Notes under the pieces: generated by a model
What the model saw: the letters and a program-made list of their open reading frames with translations, nothing else
Told to the model about the DNA's origin: nothing
The model's database searches: none
In this document: positions 15,114-29,921 of the stretch, in pieces
How positions within the stretch are numbered: the first letter of the stretch is position 1
Layout: the number at the start of each line of letters is the position of its first letter
Assembly (NCBI RefSeq): GCF_009914755.1
Contig: NC_060929.1
Source of the DNA: the human T2T-CHM13v2.0 reference genome, Homo sapiens
Reading direction: 5' to 3' (one strand)
Length of the DNA: 64,000 nt
Position numbers and translations under genes: made by a program

Positions 15114-16803
15114 CTCCCTCTCCCTCTCCCTCTCCCCATGGTCTCCCTCTCCCTCTCCCTCTCCCTCTCTTTCCACGGTCTCCCTCTGATGCCAAGCCAG
15201 AGCTGGACTGTACTGCTGCCATCTCGGCTCACTGCAACCTCCCTGCCTGATTCTCCTGCCTCAGCCTGCAGAGTGCCTGTGATTGCAGGTGTCCGCCGCC
15301 ACGCCTGACTGGTTTTCGTATTTTTTTGGTGGAGACAGGGTTTCGCTCTTTTGGCCGGGCTGGTCTCCAGCTCCTAACTGCGAGTGATCTGCCAGCCTTG
15401 GCCTCCCGAGGTGCCAGGATTGCAGACGGAGTCTCGTTCAATCAGTGCTCAATGTTGCCAAGGCTGGAGTGCAGTGGCATGATCTTGGCTAGCTACAACC
15501 TCCCCCTCCCAGCCGCCTGCCTTGGCCTCCCAAAGTGCCGAGATTGCAGCCTCTGCCCGGCCGCCACCCCGTCTGGGAAGTGAGGAGCGTCTCTGCCTGG
15601 CTGCCCATCATCTGGGATATGAGGAGCCCCTCTGCCCGGCTGCCCAGTCTGGGAAGTGAGGAGTGCCTCTTCCCGGCCGTCATCCCATCTAGGAAGTAAG
15701 GAGCGTCTCTGCCCGGCCACCCATCATCTGAGATGTGGGGAGCACCTCTGCTCTGCCACCCCATCTGGGATGTGAGGAGTGCCTCTGCCCAGCCACGACC
15801 CCGTCTGGGAGGTGAGGAGCGTCTCTGCCCAGTCACCCTGTCTGAGAAATGAGGAGCCCCTCGGCCCAGCAGCCACCCCGTCTGGGAAGTGAGGAGCGTC
15901 TCTGCCCGGCAGCCGCCCCGTCCAGGAGGGAGGTGGGGAGCAGCCCTTGCCTGGCCAGCCGCCCTGTCCAGGAAGGAGGTGGGGGGCAGCCCCCTCCCGG
16001 CCAGCTGCCCCGTCCGGGAGGGAGGTGGGGGGCAGCCCCCACCCGGCCAGCCTCCCCATCCCAGAGGGAAGTGGGGGGCAGCCCCCACCCGGCCAGCTGC
16101 CCCATCCGGGAGGGAGGTGGGGGCCAGCCCCTGCCTGGCCATCCTCCCCATCCCAGAGGGAGGTGGGTGCGCCTCCGCCTGGCCGCCACCCCATCCGGGA
16201 GGTGGGCTGTGCCTCTGCCCGGCCGCCACTTCTGGGAAGTGAGGAGCCCCTCTACCTGGCCACCACCCCGTCTGGGAGGTGTACCCAACAGCTCATTGAG
16301 AACGGGGCATGATGATGATGGTGGTTTTGTGGAATAGAAAAGGGGGAAATGTGGGGAAAAGATAGAGAAATCAGATTGTTGCTGTGTCTGTGTAGAAAGA
16401 AGTAGACATAGGAGACTCCATTTTGTTCTGTACTAAGAAAGATTCTTCTGCCTTGGGATGCTGTTGATCTATGACCTTGCCCCCAATGCTGTGCTCTCTG
16501 AAACATGTGCTGTGTCCACTCAGGGTTAAATGGATTAAGGGCGGTGCAAGATGTGCTTTGTTAAACAGATGCTGGAAGGCAGCATGCTCGTTAAGAGTCA
16601 TTACCACTCCCTAATCTCAAGTACCCAGGGACACAAACACTGCGGAAGGCCGCAGGGTCCTCTGCCTAGGAAAACCAGAGACCTTTGTTCACTTGTTTAT
16701 CTGCTGACCTTCCCCTCCACTATTGTCCTATGACCCTGCCAAATCCCCCTCTGCGAGAAACACCCAAGAATGATCAATAAAAAAAAAAAAAAGAAAAAGA
16801 AAA
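15114..16803 (+). mobile_element. Full-structure SVA retrotransposon (SVA_B/C-like)
   Basis: (CCCTCT)n head, antisense Alu-like domain, GC-rich VNTR (~15545-16280), SINE-R, AATAAA at 16776 and poly(A); left TSD AAATACACATGCTTT at 15099-15113. Confidence 0.97.
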
Positions 16804-17242
16804 TTTCCAGGCTCTAACCTCTCCTGTCCACACTCCCTGAATTTCTGATTCAGTAGTCAGCGGCAGGTCCCATGAATCTGCATCTGTAGCAAATACTCCA
16901 GTATTCTGATTCAGGTGATTCATGGATACTTTTTAAAATTAACTTTAAATTTTGATATAATCTCAAATTTACAGAAAAGTTGGAAAAACAACCCCAAATT
17001 TTTCACATATGCTTTACTAAGATTCATCAATTTTAAATATTTTGCTATATTTGCTTTATCGTTATTTGTCTATAAAAATGTTTTCCTAAATTATTTGAGA
17101 GTAGGTTGCATATCATCTCTATAGCCTTTAAAACTTCAGTGTATATTTCCTAAGAATAAGGATATTCTCTTTACATAACCACTGTTCAGTTATTAAATTC
17201 AGTGAATTTAACATTAATAAAATACTTATATCTAATATAAAA
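16804..17242 (+). other. SVA 3'-transduced genomic segment (MER5-like plus antisense old L1MC-like 3' end) with second poly(A)
   Basis: Lies between SVA poly(A) and the right TSD copy (17243-17257); AATAAA at 17216-17221 precedes an A run from 17239; MER11 resumes in register after the TSD. Confidence 0.9.
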
Positions 17243-17581
17243 AAATACACATGCTTTATGAACAATTTGTGCAGTTAACACAATCATCACAGGGTCTTGG
17301 GGTGACATACATCATCAGCTTATGAAGATGACGGGACTAAGAGATTAAAGTAAAGACAGGCATAGGAAATTATAAGAGTATTGATTGGGGAAGTGATAAA
17401 TATCCATGAAATCTTCACAATTTATGTTCAGAGATTGCACTAAAGACAGGTGTAAGAAATTATAAAAGTATTAATTTGGGGAACTAATAAATGTCTATGA
17501 AATCTTCACAATTTATGTTCTTCTGCCATGGCTTCAGCAGGCCCCTCTGTTTGGGTTCCCTGACTTCCAGCAACACTCCTT

Positions 17582-18135
17582 CACTTTTCTTCACCTTCAG
17601 ATGGTAGCCTTGCTTTCTACATCACTGAGAAAAGTAATGAGAACATTCACATGTTCCTTCTACCACATTTGCAGAACCAGTTTTATCAGTTCTAATGAAC
17701 TTTGCCATCCTTGTTAATATGCACAAACTCTCTGTGACTCCAAGGCCAAACCCTCCACTGTTCTACCTCACTAAACCAAGAACATTATTCTAGCAATGTT
17801 TCCTAATTTATATTGCAGTATTTCTTTTTTGCCCCTCCTGTTGGATCATTCCCATGAGCACACAAAGATGCTATTGTTTCTTTTATCCTTAAATATATAT
17901 ACATATATATATATACACATACATATATTTATTTTATATATATATCCTCAAGTGTATATATATATTTCTCAAGCCCCTCCAGCTACTAACCCCCATTTTT
18001 GTGCATCATGTTCTAGCAAATTTGAAGATTATCATATATTCACTGTCCCAAAGTTCTCTCTCCCAATTGTCTTTCCTACCCACTACCATGAAATTTTAAC
18101 TCCTGCCACTCTACCAAAAGAGTTACTAAATGATC
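17582..18135 (+). mobile_element. L2 fragment containing a TA-rich microsatellite (~17894-17965)
   Basis: CCTTGCTTTCTACATCACTGAGAAAA, CCAAGGCCAAACCCTCCAC, GGATCATTCCCATGAGCA resemble L2 consensus. Confidence 0.65.
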
Positions 18136-18149
18136 ACTTCTCAGCTTCA

Positions 18150-18480
18150 CTCTGTCATATTAAGCTTTGTAAATTCAACTTTGTAAGTTGGTGCTGGGAC
18201 TCTGCAAATAACATTTCTGCTTTGCCTGTTTAAGATCTATCAATAAGGCTCACTAGAGAGACTGCAAGGCTGCAGGAAGAAGTAATGATTCACTTTTTGT
18301 TTGCTATTGTGGGTTTCCTGTCGACTTCCTTTGCTTTTGCACATTCTCCACTCTGGCACTGGCAGTTCCTTACTGTAACAGTGGTTGAGTCCAGTTTGCA
18401 ACGTTTCTGACACTTGTAAAACCAGCTTCATGGAGCCCCTACTCAGCAGTATCAGCACTAGATAGGTGGATTTCCCCGGT
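18150..18480 (+). mobile_element. Old ERVL LTR fragment (LTR33/LTR41-type)
   Basis: GCTGGGACTCTGCAAATAACATTTCTGCTTTGCC ... ACTAGAGAGACTGCAAGGCTG; subfamily and ends uncertain. Confidence 0.45.
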
Positions 18481-18606
18481 CAGAGGCAGTCTCAAATCTA
18501 AGGGGAGGCCAGTGAGGCACCTAGGACACAAATTTTAAGGAAGCACTCCCTCTCAAGGTTGTGCTCCTGCCAATCAGGGACCTGAACTTATCCAGAGCCT
18601 GCCCTT
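18481..18606. mobile_element. Possible MER91-like hAT MITE
   Basis: CAGAGGCAG ... CTGCCCTT imperfect termini; GTGAGGCACCTAGGACACAAATTTTAAGGAAGCA core. Confidence 0.4.
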
Positions 18607-18894
18607 AATGTGGTAGACTAAGTCAGACTAAGTCAGTGCCATCAGATTTTGCTGTCTTTATAATTATTGCATAATCTGAACTTCTCAAAAATCTGAGAGA
18701 TTGTGACAAGAATTGCATTCCTGTTCTCTGGTATTTCATTCCAGTCAGTGTTGTTATTGCACCTTGATTGCAAAACAGGTATCACTTTTCCACCTACCAT
18801 TAATGACAGGGCTCCCACAGTTAGTTAACTGGCTAGTGGTCCAACTTCAAAATCCATTTTCAAGTCTGACTTCTTAGACAACACCTGAAACCAA

Positions 18895-19350
18895 TTGTTT
18901 AAGCTCAGATTTCCCAGGATACACGCTGAGACAAAAATGTGCATGAAGGACAGAAACCTGGGGAGCACACTTGGCGGGGGGGATCAACACCTGGGAGAGA
19001 ATAAATAACATAGGACTGACCAGGGGGAGAAATTGAAGTACAACACAGCTATGACTGAGGCTTCAGTTGATCCAAAAGGGAGCACTGAAATTGGAGTCAT
19101 TGTTCCGTGTTGTACCATCCTAAGCCAAGGGACCTGAACCCCTACAGCTCCACATCTATCAGACATTGGGTCTTGTTGACCCCTGTAGAAGGGACATGAC
19201 TTTGGCAAAACAACCTTCTTTGGCTGAGGGTAACTCCAAACAGGGAGACTCAGCTCAGACACATCACCATTCATATCTCCCAGAGGCAGGGGAGATGAGT
19301 ACCTACGTTCTGAAGGAGACATCAGGAAAGCTCATCACAGCATCACTACA
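18895..19350 (-). mobile_element. LTR16-family ERVL LTR
   Basis: Reverse strand begins TGTAGTGATGCTGTGATG; CTGAGCTGAGTCTCCCTG and TTACCCTCAGCCAAAGAAGG match LTR16A/C features. Confidence 0.72.
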
Positions 19351-19670
19351 ATTATAAAATATTAAATGAAATACAATATTTTTATCTTTAAAATATTTTA
19401 TAATCATTAATAGCATTTACATGTCAATAACTTTATGACTATGTATTCAATTTGTGGAAATGTGTGGCCACAATGTATGTTTACTAATCCGTGTAAAAAA
19501 ATTTAACTAATTAATAAATAGTATATTCATATGTATAAATATGTATTATTAAAAATATACACATAGGCAAATATTTTAGTTTTTCTCCCTTGGAAATTTT
19601 AGTAACCAGGAAAGAGAACCATTATTACAATGACTTATGCTTATTTTTAAATCAATTATAAATAAATCTG

Positions 19671-19815
19671 TGGCTGAGCGCAATGGCTCACATCTGTACT
19701 CCTAGCACTTTGGTAGGCCAAAGTGGGAGAATTGCTTGAGGCCAGGAGTTTGAGACCAACCTGGGCAACATAGCAATACCTTGTCTCTACAAAACATAAA
19801 TAGATAAAATAAATG
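19671..19815 (+). mobile_element. FLAM-C / Alu left monomer
   Basis: GGCTGAGCGCAATGGCTCAC ... GAGTTTGAGACCAACCTGGGCAACATAG followed by A-rich tail, no right arm. Confidence 0.88.
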
Positions 19816-20665
19816 TCTTAAATAATTAAATTTGTAGTTGCTACTTTATACTCTTCTATTCATCTTACACTCTTTTATTGTCATTTCTTTCTATGACTAT
19901 GGATAACTAAGTGACTTTGTTCATCCTGGGTAACTGAACTGAAAATATTCTTAACTAAGTTTTCACTTGCATGATAAAAGCATATCATTAAATATTTACT
20001 CAGACATCTTAAGAAGATGAATAACAAAATTGAATAAGTGTTCTTACTTAAGAATTCAAAGAGAGATGAATTTATACAAAATAAATATTTAGAGTTATGA
20101 GAAATTTGTAATCTACAGTATTAGTTGTCCACAGATGTAATGTTTTCCTAATGCTTATCAAAGTATTATGATTCTAATATACTCAAAAAGATTTATAATA
20201 GAGCACATTTTCTATTTAACAATACTGGTAGCAGCAAGTATATCATATAGTAAAAATTTGAATATTGAAAGCAGTATAAGTATACCAATTAGTCTTTTAT
20301 TGTGCATTCACAAGTCTTTGTTTACAGGACAATATGCAAATCAGAGTAAAGGCAGTCTTCAGGAATTACTTGGTATGATTAACCACATAATTTGCACATT
20401 GAATCAGATCATCATGAAATAAGGAAATATATGGTCAATGTTCACCTGCTTTAAAAGCTTTCACACATTTTGTGGGGGAGTTAAAACATGTTTTTAGAAG
20501 ATAATTGCAGAAAAAAATGCTGAAAAGAATAAGTAAGAATTTTTTGTTATATGCTTACACGTAGTACATAATAATTAATGGAGAAGTGGTAACATAGAAA
20601 ACTCAGTTTTTGTCAAGTATTTTTGATTCATTGATTCATTTGCTCATTCAGTATTTCCTGAGTAC

Positions 20666-20985
20666 TGCCATGGTTGAGATGTAGCTTGTCCCCATTAAAA
20701 CTCATATTAAAATTTGTTTTCCAATGTGACAGTGTTGGTAGATGGGGCCTAATGGGAAGTGTTTGGATCATGGGGATGGATCTCTCATAATTAGATTAAT
20801 GTCATGTCATGGGAGTGAGTTCTCACTTTTCTGCTTTCTGCCATAATTTGAAGCAGCACAAGACCTTCACTAGATGCAGCTGCCCAATCTTGAACTTTCC
20901 AGCCACCAGCATCAAATAAATCTTTCTTCTTTTTAAATTACCTAGTGTCAAGTATTCTGTTACAGTAATACTAGACATTAAGATA
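20666..20985 (+). mobile_element. MST solo LTR (MSTB/C-like) inserted in an L2 tail
   Basis: TGCCATGGTTGAGATG ... AGTATTCTGTTACAGTAA...TAAGATA; TSD AGTAC/AGTGC; TTCATT-type L2 tail on the left. Confidence 0.82.
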
Positions 20986-21674
20986 AGTGCTTTCCTTTTT
21001 CCAGGTGCTGTTTTAGGACGTGAGAGTACACCCAAAACAAAAATGGACAGAAATTCCAGTCTCATAAATGTGAGAGATCCAGAAGATACTTCTACAATTT
21101 CCCTTCAGTTACATATGGACACTTTAATAAAAGAATATTATTTTTAAGTGAAAAAACTTAAGCTTATTCCTCAAGGTTCTAAAATTTCAATCAACTATGG
21201 AAGTGAAAATTTCCTGATATTTTCTATGCATATGAATTTAGTCCCACTCTCTTTGGTTTATACAAAAGGAACTTGTATCAGTTTGTTAAATCACAGCCTT
21301 AGAAATTAAGAATTAATGTTCAGGATTAGAGAGCTATAGGGTCTCATATTTTGGTTTTATTTTGTAAGAAAGTAATAAAGGTCATTGTAGTAAAAGCTGC
21401 CAATTAAGGCTAATTCTAGAAGTGAGGACCTCAGTTTTATTTTCTATAGTATCGTATGCTTCTTCCCTTTCTACTTGTAAATTTATTTTTATTTCCTAAT
21501 GCATAATTTTCTAAAACATTAGTAATCATTAAAATTCTTATAGCATGAAATAAAAAAGTTCTCTTTCACAACAAAGCACTCTCCTATGATATATTTTCTT
21601 ATTTCTTAAAAAAGTTTTTATAAAATACACGTACTTCACAAGTAACTGTGTTCAGGTGAGAAGCAAGATAATAA

Positions 21675-21870
21675 CAATGGTTAAGTGAAAATATGCAGGA
21701 CTCAGAAATCCTGGGTTCATCTACATCCTAACTTGACCACCGCCTGGCCACACTGTGTTACTTAACTTGTGTGCATCACGTATTTTTTTTTTCATTCTTA
21801 GAATAAGGGAAATAATCTCTTACAGTATTATCATGAAAATTAAATGTGTTTATACACAAGAGCACTTATT
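21675..21870 (+). mobile_element. MIR fragment
   Basis: ATGGTTAAG ... CCTGGGTTCA ... GTTACTTAACTTGTGTGCATCA ... ATGAAAATTAAATG core. Confidence 0.65.
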
Positions 21871-21921
21871 TTAAAAATACCAAAAGATAATAAACAATAA
21901 ACAGAATAGACTAAGGCCTAA

Positions 21922-22237
<316 letters not shown>

Positions 22238-22439
22238 AGGTCTCACAATTCTTATGGAGAAGTGAGTCAACCAGTTGTGATATTTATTCAGTGTCTATTG
22301 TGATTAGATAATGTAAAAAGGAAATTAGAGATAAAGCAAAAGGGAAGTATCTCTGAATTTGAGAATCTGAATGAGAAGAGAATCATTGAAGTATTCACAC
22401 ATACAACAGATATAGTAACATAAGTATACAGTGGGCATA

Positions 22440-24455
<2,016 letters not shown>

Positions 24456-24459
24456 TGGT

Positions 24460-25217
24460 CCTTTTTCTTCAACATTGATTTTAATTTTGGGAGCACACGT
24501 GCAGGATGTACAGGTTTGTTACATAAGTAAACGTGTGCCATGCTGGTTTGCTGCACAGATCAACCCATCATGTACTTATTTAGCCCAGCATCCGTTAGCT
24601 AATCTTCCTGAGTCTCTCTCTCCCCCTACCCTCTAAGAGGCCCCACTGTGTGTTGTTTCCCACAATGCGTCGTCCTTCAGCTCCTCCTTATAAGTGAGAA
24701 CATGTGGTGTTTTGTTTTCTGTTTCTGCATTCATTTGCTGGGTATCACGACTTCCAGCTCCAACCGTGTTTCTACAAAGGACATGATCTTGTTCCTTCTT
24801 ATGGCTGCATAGTATTCCCTTGTGTATATGTACCACACTTTCTTTATGCAGTCTATCAATAATGAGCATTCGAGTTGATTCTGTGTCTTTGCTATTGTGG
24901 ATAGTGCTGCAATAAAGTACGTGTGCATGTATCTTTATAACAGAATGATTTATTTTCCTTTGGGTATATACCCAGTAATGGGATTACTGAGTCAAATGGT
25001 ATTTCTGCCTCTTAAGTCTTTGAGGAATCACCACACTGCCTTCCACAATAGTTGAACTAATTTATACTCCCACCAACAGTGTAAAAGCATTCCTTTCCCT
25101 CTGTGTGAACATCCATTGTTTCTTGACTTTTTAATGATCACCAGTCTGACTGGCATGAGATGATATGTCATTGTGATTTTGATTTGCATTCCTCTAATAA
25201 TCAGTGATGTTGAGATT
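24460..25217 (-). mobile_element. L1PA 3' fragment (about PA11-PA13)
   Basis: GTGCAGGATGTACAGGTTTGTTACATAAGTAAACGTGTGCC, GCACAGATCAACCCATCA; ORF2 C-terminal remnants (HCWWEYKLVQ). Confidence 0.88.
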
Positions 25218-25243
25218 TTATATATATATACATATATATATAC

Positions 25244-25298
<55 letters not shown>
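25218..25298. repeat. (TA)n microsatellite with CA interruptions
   Basis: Direct reading. Confidence 0.97.
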
Positions 25299-25301
<3 letters not shown>

Positions 25302-28300
25302 ATCATCCATCCATTCCCTAACTAGTCCCTTAGAATGGAAAGAGCATATTTACTTGAGGGAATCCTTTTGGTATCCTGTGACCATATAAATTCCTTTTTA
25401 GAAAGATATTTCAAATGGAAAGAGTGAGTCTGTCTTTCTTGCTATTACAAGAGCTATAATCCTTTAGTGGACAGAAAACAAAAATTAAATTATACAATTG
25501 ATCACCCACCTGGGCAAAGCCAGTACCTGAAATAGGCATGAAACTGAGCCCTGATGAGGTGGATAGACAGAGGGATTAGGACGGAAAACTGGCAACAATG
25601 GAAGTAGCAGAGCAGAACATACCATGGCTTGTAAGGATCAAAACAATGTTGTGGTGACTGAGACGTGTATTGTTATTTGCCTAGAATTCACTATGTAAGG
25701 AAATCACATGAGAGCTTGAGAACAAATGCTATCCCTATCCCTTTATTAAAGCCTGTGACTGCCCGATTATGTGGTCTGAATCCTAGGGAAAAACAGAAAG
25801 TCAAGATTTCTAATGCCATCTCTTCTGAGGTCATGTGAAACCCACACTTCCTCCTTCTGGGCAATTTCTGAGATAGTACAAGTCATTGCTTCAGGGAAAG
25901 ACTTTCCAACACAAATTTCTTAATTTCTTAAAAACTTCCATTACCAACCAGAATTTGAAAGTCAAAAATTACATTTTATTAAATTTTAAAAATTGTGTGT
26001 ATGTGAAATTCTCTCTACTTTCTTCATTGAGAAAAGACTTGGTTAGAATTGTCTTATTTTCCAAAGGTGAATCATATATGAGGTCAAGGAAAATAAATAC
26101 ATAGTTTTTCCAAAGATCACTTACTAAATTGAAAAATAAACCAAATATTATGTAAAAGACACTGAATGGAAACAACTTTTAAAACAAACAAAAATTATAA
26201 CCACAAACACCATCTGAAGGAATAATAGTACCCAGGAAATTTTTAGTACAGTAAAGTCTAGAAAACTATTTAGGTGATTCTCTTTTAATGTAAAAGGCAA
26301 AGCTCTTCCCTCATTCATTGTTTAAAAACAGAGGAAAAAGACCTAAAAAAATGCATAATATTCTCAATTAGAAAGTTACTGGTATTCAGGAGTTATTTAC
26401 TGGAAATGTGAGACACATCTGTGAGAGACCCAGAAAGGAGAGAAAAAAATGATATACAGAGAGAAGAGTTCTCACCACCAAGGTGTCATCAGAGAAGCAC
26501 TGCTATTAGAATTCCTCATGATAAGGAAATACTTACTGCAATTCTAAGATGAATGACATCTGATATCAAATATGAAGTTGCTTTCTTATGTATGATACAA
26601 TTACCCTCTGCTTCCCCCAAATATTCAGTAAACATTTGTAAATTTTTGCCACAAACAACATTGTGGTAAAGTGGAAAATTAAGAAATACGTACATCACAC
26701 TATAAAGTGTCACACTGAAAAGGAATATTAATTTAGGTATCAGCTATAAAGGCATTTATAATTAATAATAATAATATAAGCACTCCTGGAAATCTGTGGA
26801 AATAGTGGAGACGGGATTAGGGTCACATTTTGTGAGATGAGATGAAACCATATTGCTCATTTATTAACATAAAGGATGTCCTCAGATGACTGAATGGTTT
26901 GGAGGCATCTCTGTTATATTATTCAAGCACAGAAAACAAACAAATGTTTCATTCTTGGGTCTTCAAAACAGGAATATCTTCTTTCTCCCTCTCTAGGCTC
27001 TTTGAGGCCCTTCTATTCCATGAAAAATTTGACTGCTTTTATCGGTTCCATGTTCCTTTTTATTTGAAACCTAATTTTTCACTAATTATTGCATTTAGGA
27101 AATAATTTTGATGCTTGATGATTTTTTAGCTATCCCCAAACTTTTTAGAATCAGATGGACTAATAAACTATAAATATAAGGTAAATGCTGAGAATAAGGG
27201 AAAATGAAGTTAATACCATCAGCTATTATTAATTAATATTTCAGCATTCTGGATTTTTTAACTAGCTTTCTTTCCTAGAATAACAACTAGCTGAAGCAAT
27301 GCCCGTCAAAAAGGCAAACATTTCATTGGTCATAAAAAAGTGTAAAAGAAAGAGAAAGAAGAAAAGAGCAATAAAACAGGAATTGGAAGTGGATGGGTAA
27401 CAAGCATACTGTACCTTTATATACTCAATTTTTCTAAATTCCATTCATTTTTTTTCCTGTTTATTTCTTAACTTGGTCAGAATAAGTGCTGCTTATCAAA
27501 TAGTTTTGGCAAGTTTAAAGTGGTAAAAATAAACCACACTAATATGACCCCATATTTTCAATTCCAGCATTAAATTGCTTAGATGACTTTCAGTCTTTAA
27601 AATGTCCTTACAGAAGCCCTTTTCAACTCAGTACACTGAAGTATGAATGTGAAAGTTTATTATTTTAAAAATTTACATTAAATGTTTTGACAGCATCATA
27701 CAAAAATGACAGTCATAAAGCCCATTCTATTGCCTGTGAAATTGTAAAAATCCTCATGGTTGATTGACTACTACAGAAGACTAGGGGATGGTGTACACTT
27801 TACACATAATGGATTTCTGAAGGGAATAAAAAGTTAAAAGTACAATGTCTTGAGAGATAATACTCTTCTTAAGGTTTCCTGTGGTCCATATTTGCAAAAA
27901 TGTTGGTACTTAATAATAACAGTCATTTGGAGCTTAAAGTCGACATATGGAACATAGAATTCTACTTGATGAGCAAAGCACATACTGTTCCATTGTATTA
28001 TAATTGTGGCATTAATGAAATATGAAGGAATTATTCTAACTCTGAGTGCATTTATTAACTCAAAGTTCACTCTTAATATCAAAGCATAAACTTCAATTTT
28101 CAAAGGCCTATGCTTTTGTTATATTAAATTTAGTAAGGGAAAAATGTTTTCCAGCTATTCACAAGTAAATAACTTACTAGTTCCAAAACAGACAATGACT
28201 TATTTCCATTTTTTTCTGCCAAGTGATAAAATTATTTCACCGGTTGACTTCTAATATTTATTTTCTAGGTAAATGAGATCATTGTTCATAGAATAGTAGA

Positions 28301-29139
28301 GACAGTCAATGAAAGAAACAGTGTCAACAAGCCAAACACAAAACGATAACAAAACCAGTAGTTGGGCAAAGCCTAAATAAATTGAAAACAAGCAAGGAAT
28401 AATCAAGATTTAAAGTTTCATTTAATTTTTGTGGATATGTGTGTTAATTGAAGTTTTTAACAAATATCTATACCTGTAAATATCATGGATCATTTTATTT
28501 TTAATGTTTCTTTTTTACTATTTCTGGTTTCTAAATTTTCAAAAAAAAAACCTGTATTGATTTTGTAACCAGAAAAAAAATGTTATTTAAAATAAAAATA
28601 ATCTCATCCATTAACAATACAATGAAGACATTTGTTTTGCAGAAAATTCTGCATTACTTTGGAAAAGTGCACTAATCTATTCTAGAGTCCTTTTTACTTT
28701 TAAACATAAAAAATGAAATATTAATCATTGGCTTTTGGCCACCTTTAAAAGAGAGAACTTAGGCAGAAGGAATGACTAGCTCACCCTACCCCACCCACAA
28801 AAAATAACACACAGCTATATGTTAGGGCAAGTTAAGCAAATGAGAGGAGAAAGACAGATGGTGATTGATGCTGTGCTTAGTACATAGATTTGAACACTAG
28901 TTGAAGCCAAGTTTCCTTTGAAAGAGGCATCCTTTCCAAAATATCACTGGTTTAGGTATTTGTTATATTTTCCATTTATAAAGTGGCCCATTTAATACAT
29001 TGTAGTTTATATTGTGTATTAAATAAACAATATTTTATTTATGAAATAGTGTATAAGTTTAGGAAAGAAGTATTTTACGTTGGCATAGATATATAAATTT
29101 GTCCTTGATGAAGCTATTAAAGATATTTCATGAAATGTC

Positions 29140-29160
29140 AATAATAATAATAATAATGAA

Positions 29161-29192
<32 letters not shown>

Positions 29193-29226
29193 AGAGGAAG
29201 AAAAAGAAGAAGAAGAAGAAGAAGAA

Positions 29227-29258
<32 letters not shown>

Positions 29259-29265
29259 AGAAGAA
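29140..29265 (+). repeat. Compound (AAT)n-(GAA)n microsatellite
   Basis: Six AAT units then about 36 GAA-phase triplets with a few GAG/AAA interruptions. Confidence 0.97.
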
Positions 29266-29305
29266 ATTTCCCTCTGGAAAAGGAAGAAAATCCAGATGCT
29301 ATATG

Positions 29306-29618
29306 TTATTTATTTATTTGTTTATTTGAGACAGAGTCTTTCTTACTCTGTGACCCAGGCTGGAGTGCAAGTGGCATTATCTCAGCTCACTGAGATAATG
29401 AGCCTTCACTTCCTAGCTCAAGCGTTCCTTCTACTTCAGCCTCCAGACTAGCTGGGAATACTGGCACATGCCACTGCACCTGGCTTATTTTTTTGTACTT
29501 TTTTGGAGACGGTTTCATCTTGTTGCCCAGGCTGGTCTCAGACTTCTGAGCTTAAACAATTCACCTGATTTGGCCCCCAAAATCTTAGGATTACGAGTGT
29601 GAGCCATGATGCCTAGCC
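29306..29618 (-). mobile_element. AluJ (Jo-like) with (TTTA)n tail
   Basis: Diverged dimer, CCTAGCTCAAGCG, CTTCTGAGCTTAAACAATTC. Confidence 0.9.
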
Positions 29619-29763
29619 TGTTTATTAAATATTTAGTTTTGGTTTGGGTAGATAAATGGAGTAGATAATTTTTTTTTTTCTAAATGATATACCAAGAGAT
29701 TTTTTATGAAAAAAAGTCAAAGTGAGGCACTTTGGTTTTTCTTGTTGTTGTTTTGTTTTTCAA

Positions 29764-29921
<158 letters not shown>

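Larger units (their letters stand above)
14349..17575 (-). mobile_element. MER11 solo LTR (HERV-K11/HML-8), about 1.08 kb, split by an SVA
   Basis: TACTGGGGGAACCAGCCCCCAATATTTC ... CCCTGACTTCCAGCAACA termini; TSD CTCCTC/CTCCTT; internal ~90 bp repeats; colinear with the LTR at 40455-41544; flanks look like an interrupted L2. Confidence 0.93.

Noticed and set aside
15489-16337. Several long overlapping GC-rich ORFs (up to 246 aa)
   Set aside because: Stop-poor translations of the SVA VNTR on both strands; repetitive Pro/Gly/Arg content with no domain.
25028-25389. ORFs with IY/YI repeats
   Set aside because: Translations of the (TA)n microsatellite joined to L1.
29099-29329. Poly-lysine ORF
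   Set aside because: Translation of the (AAT)n(GAA)n microsatellite.
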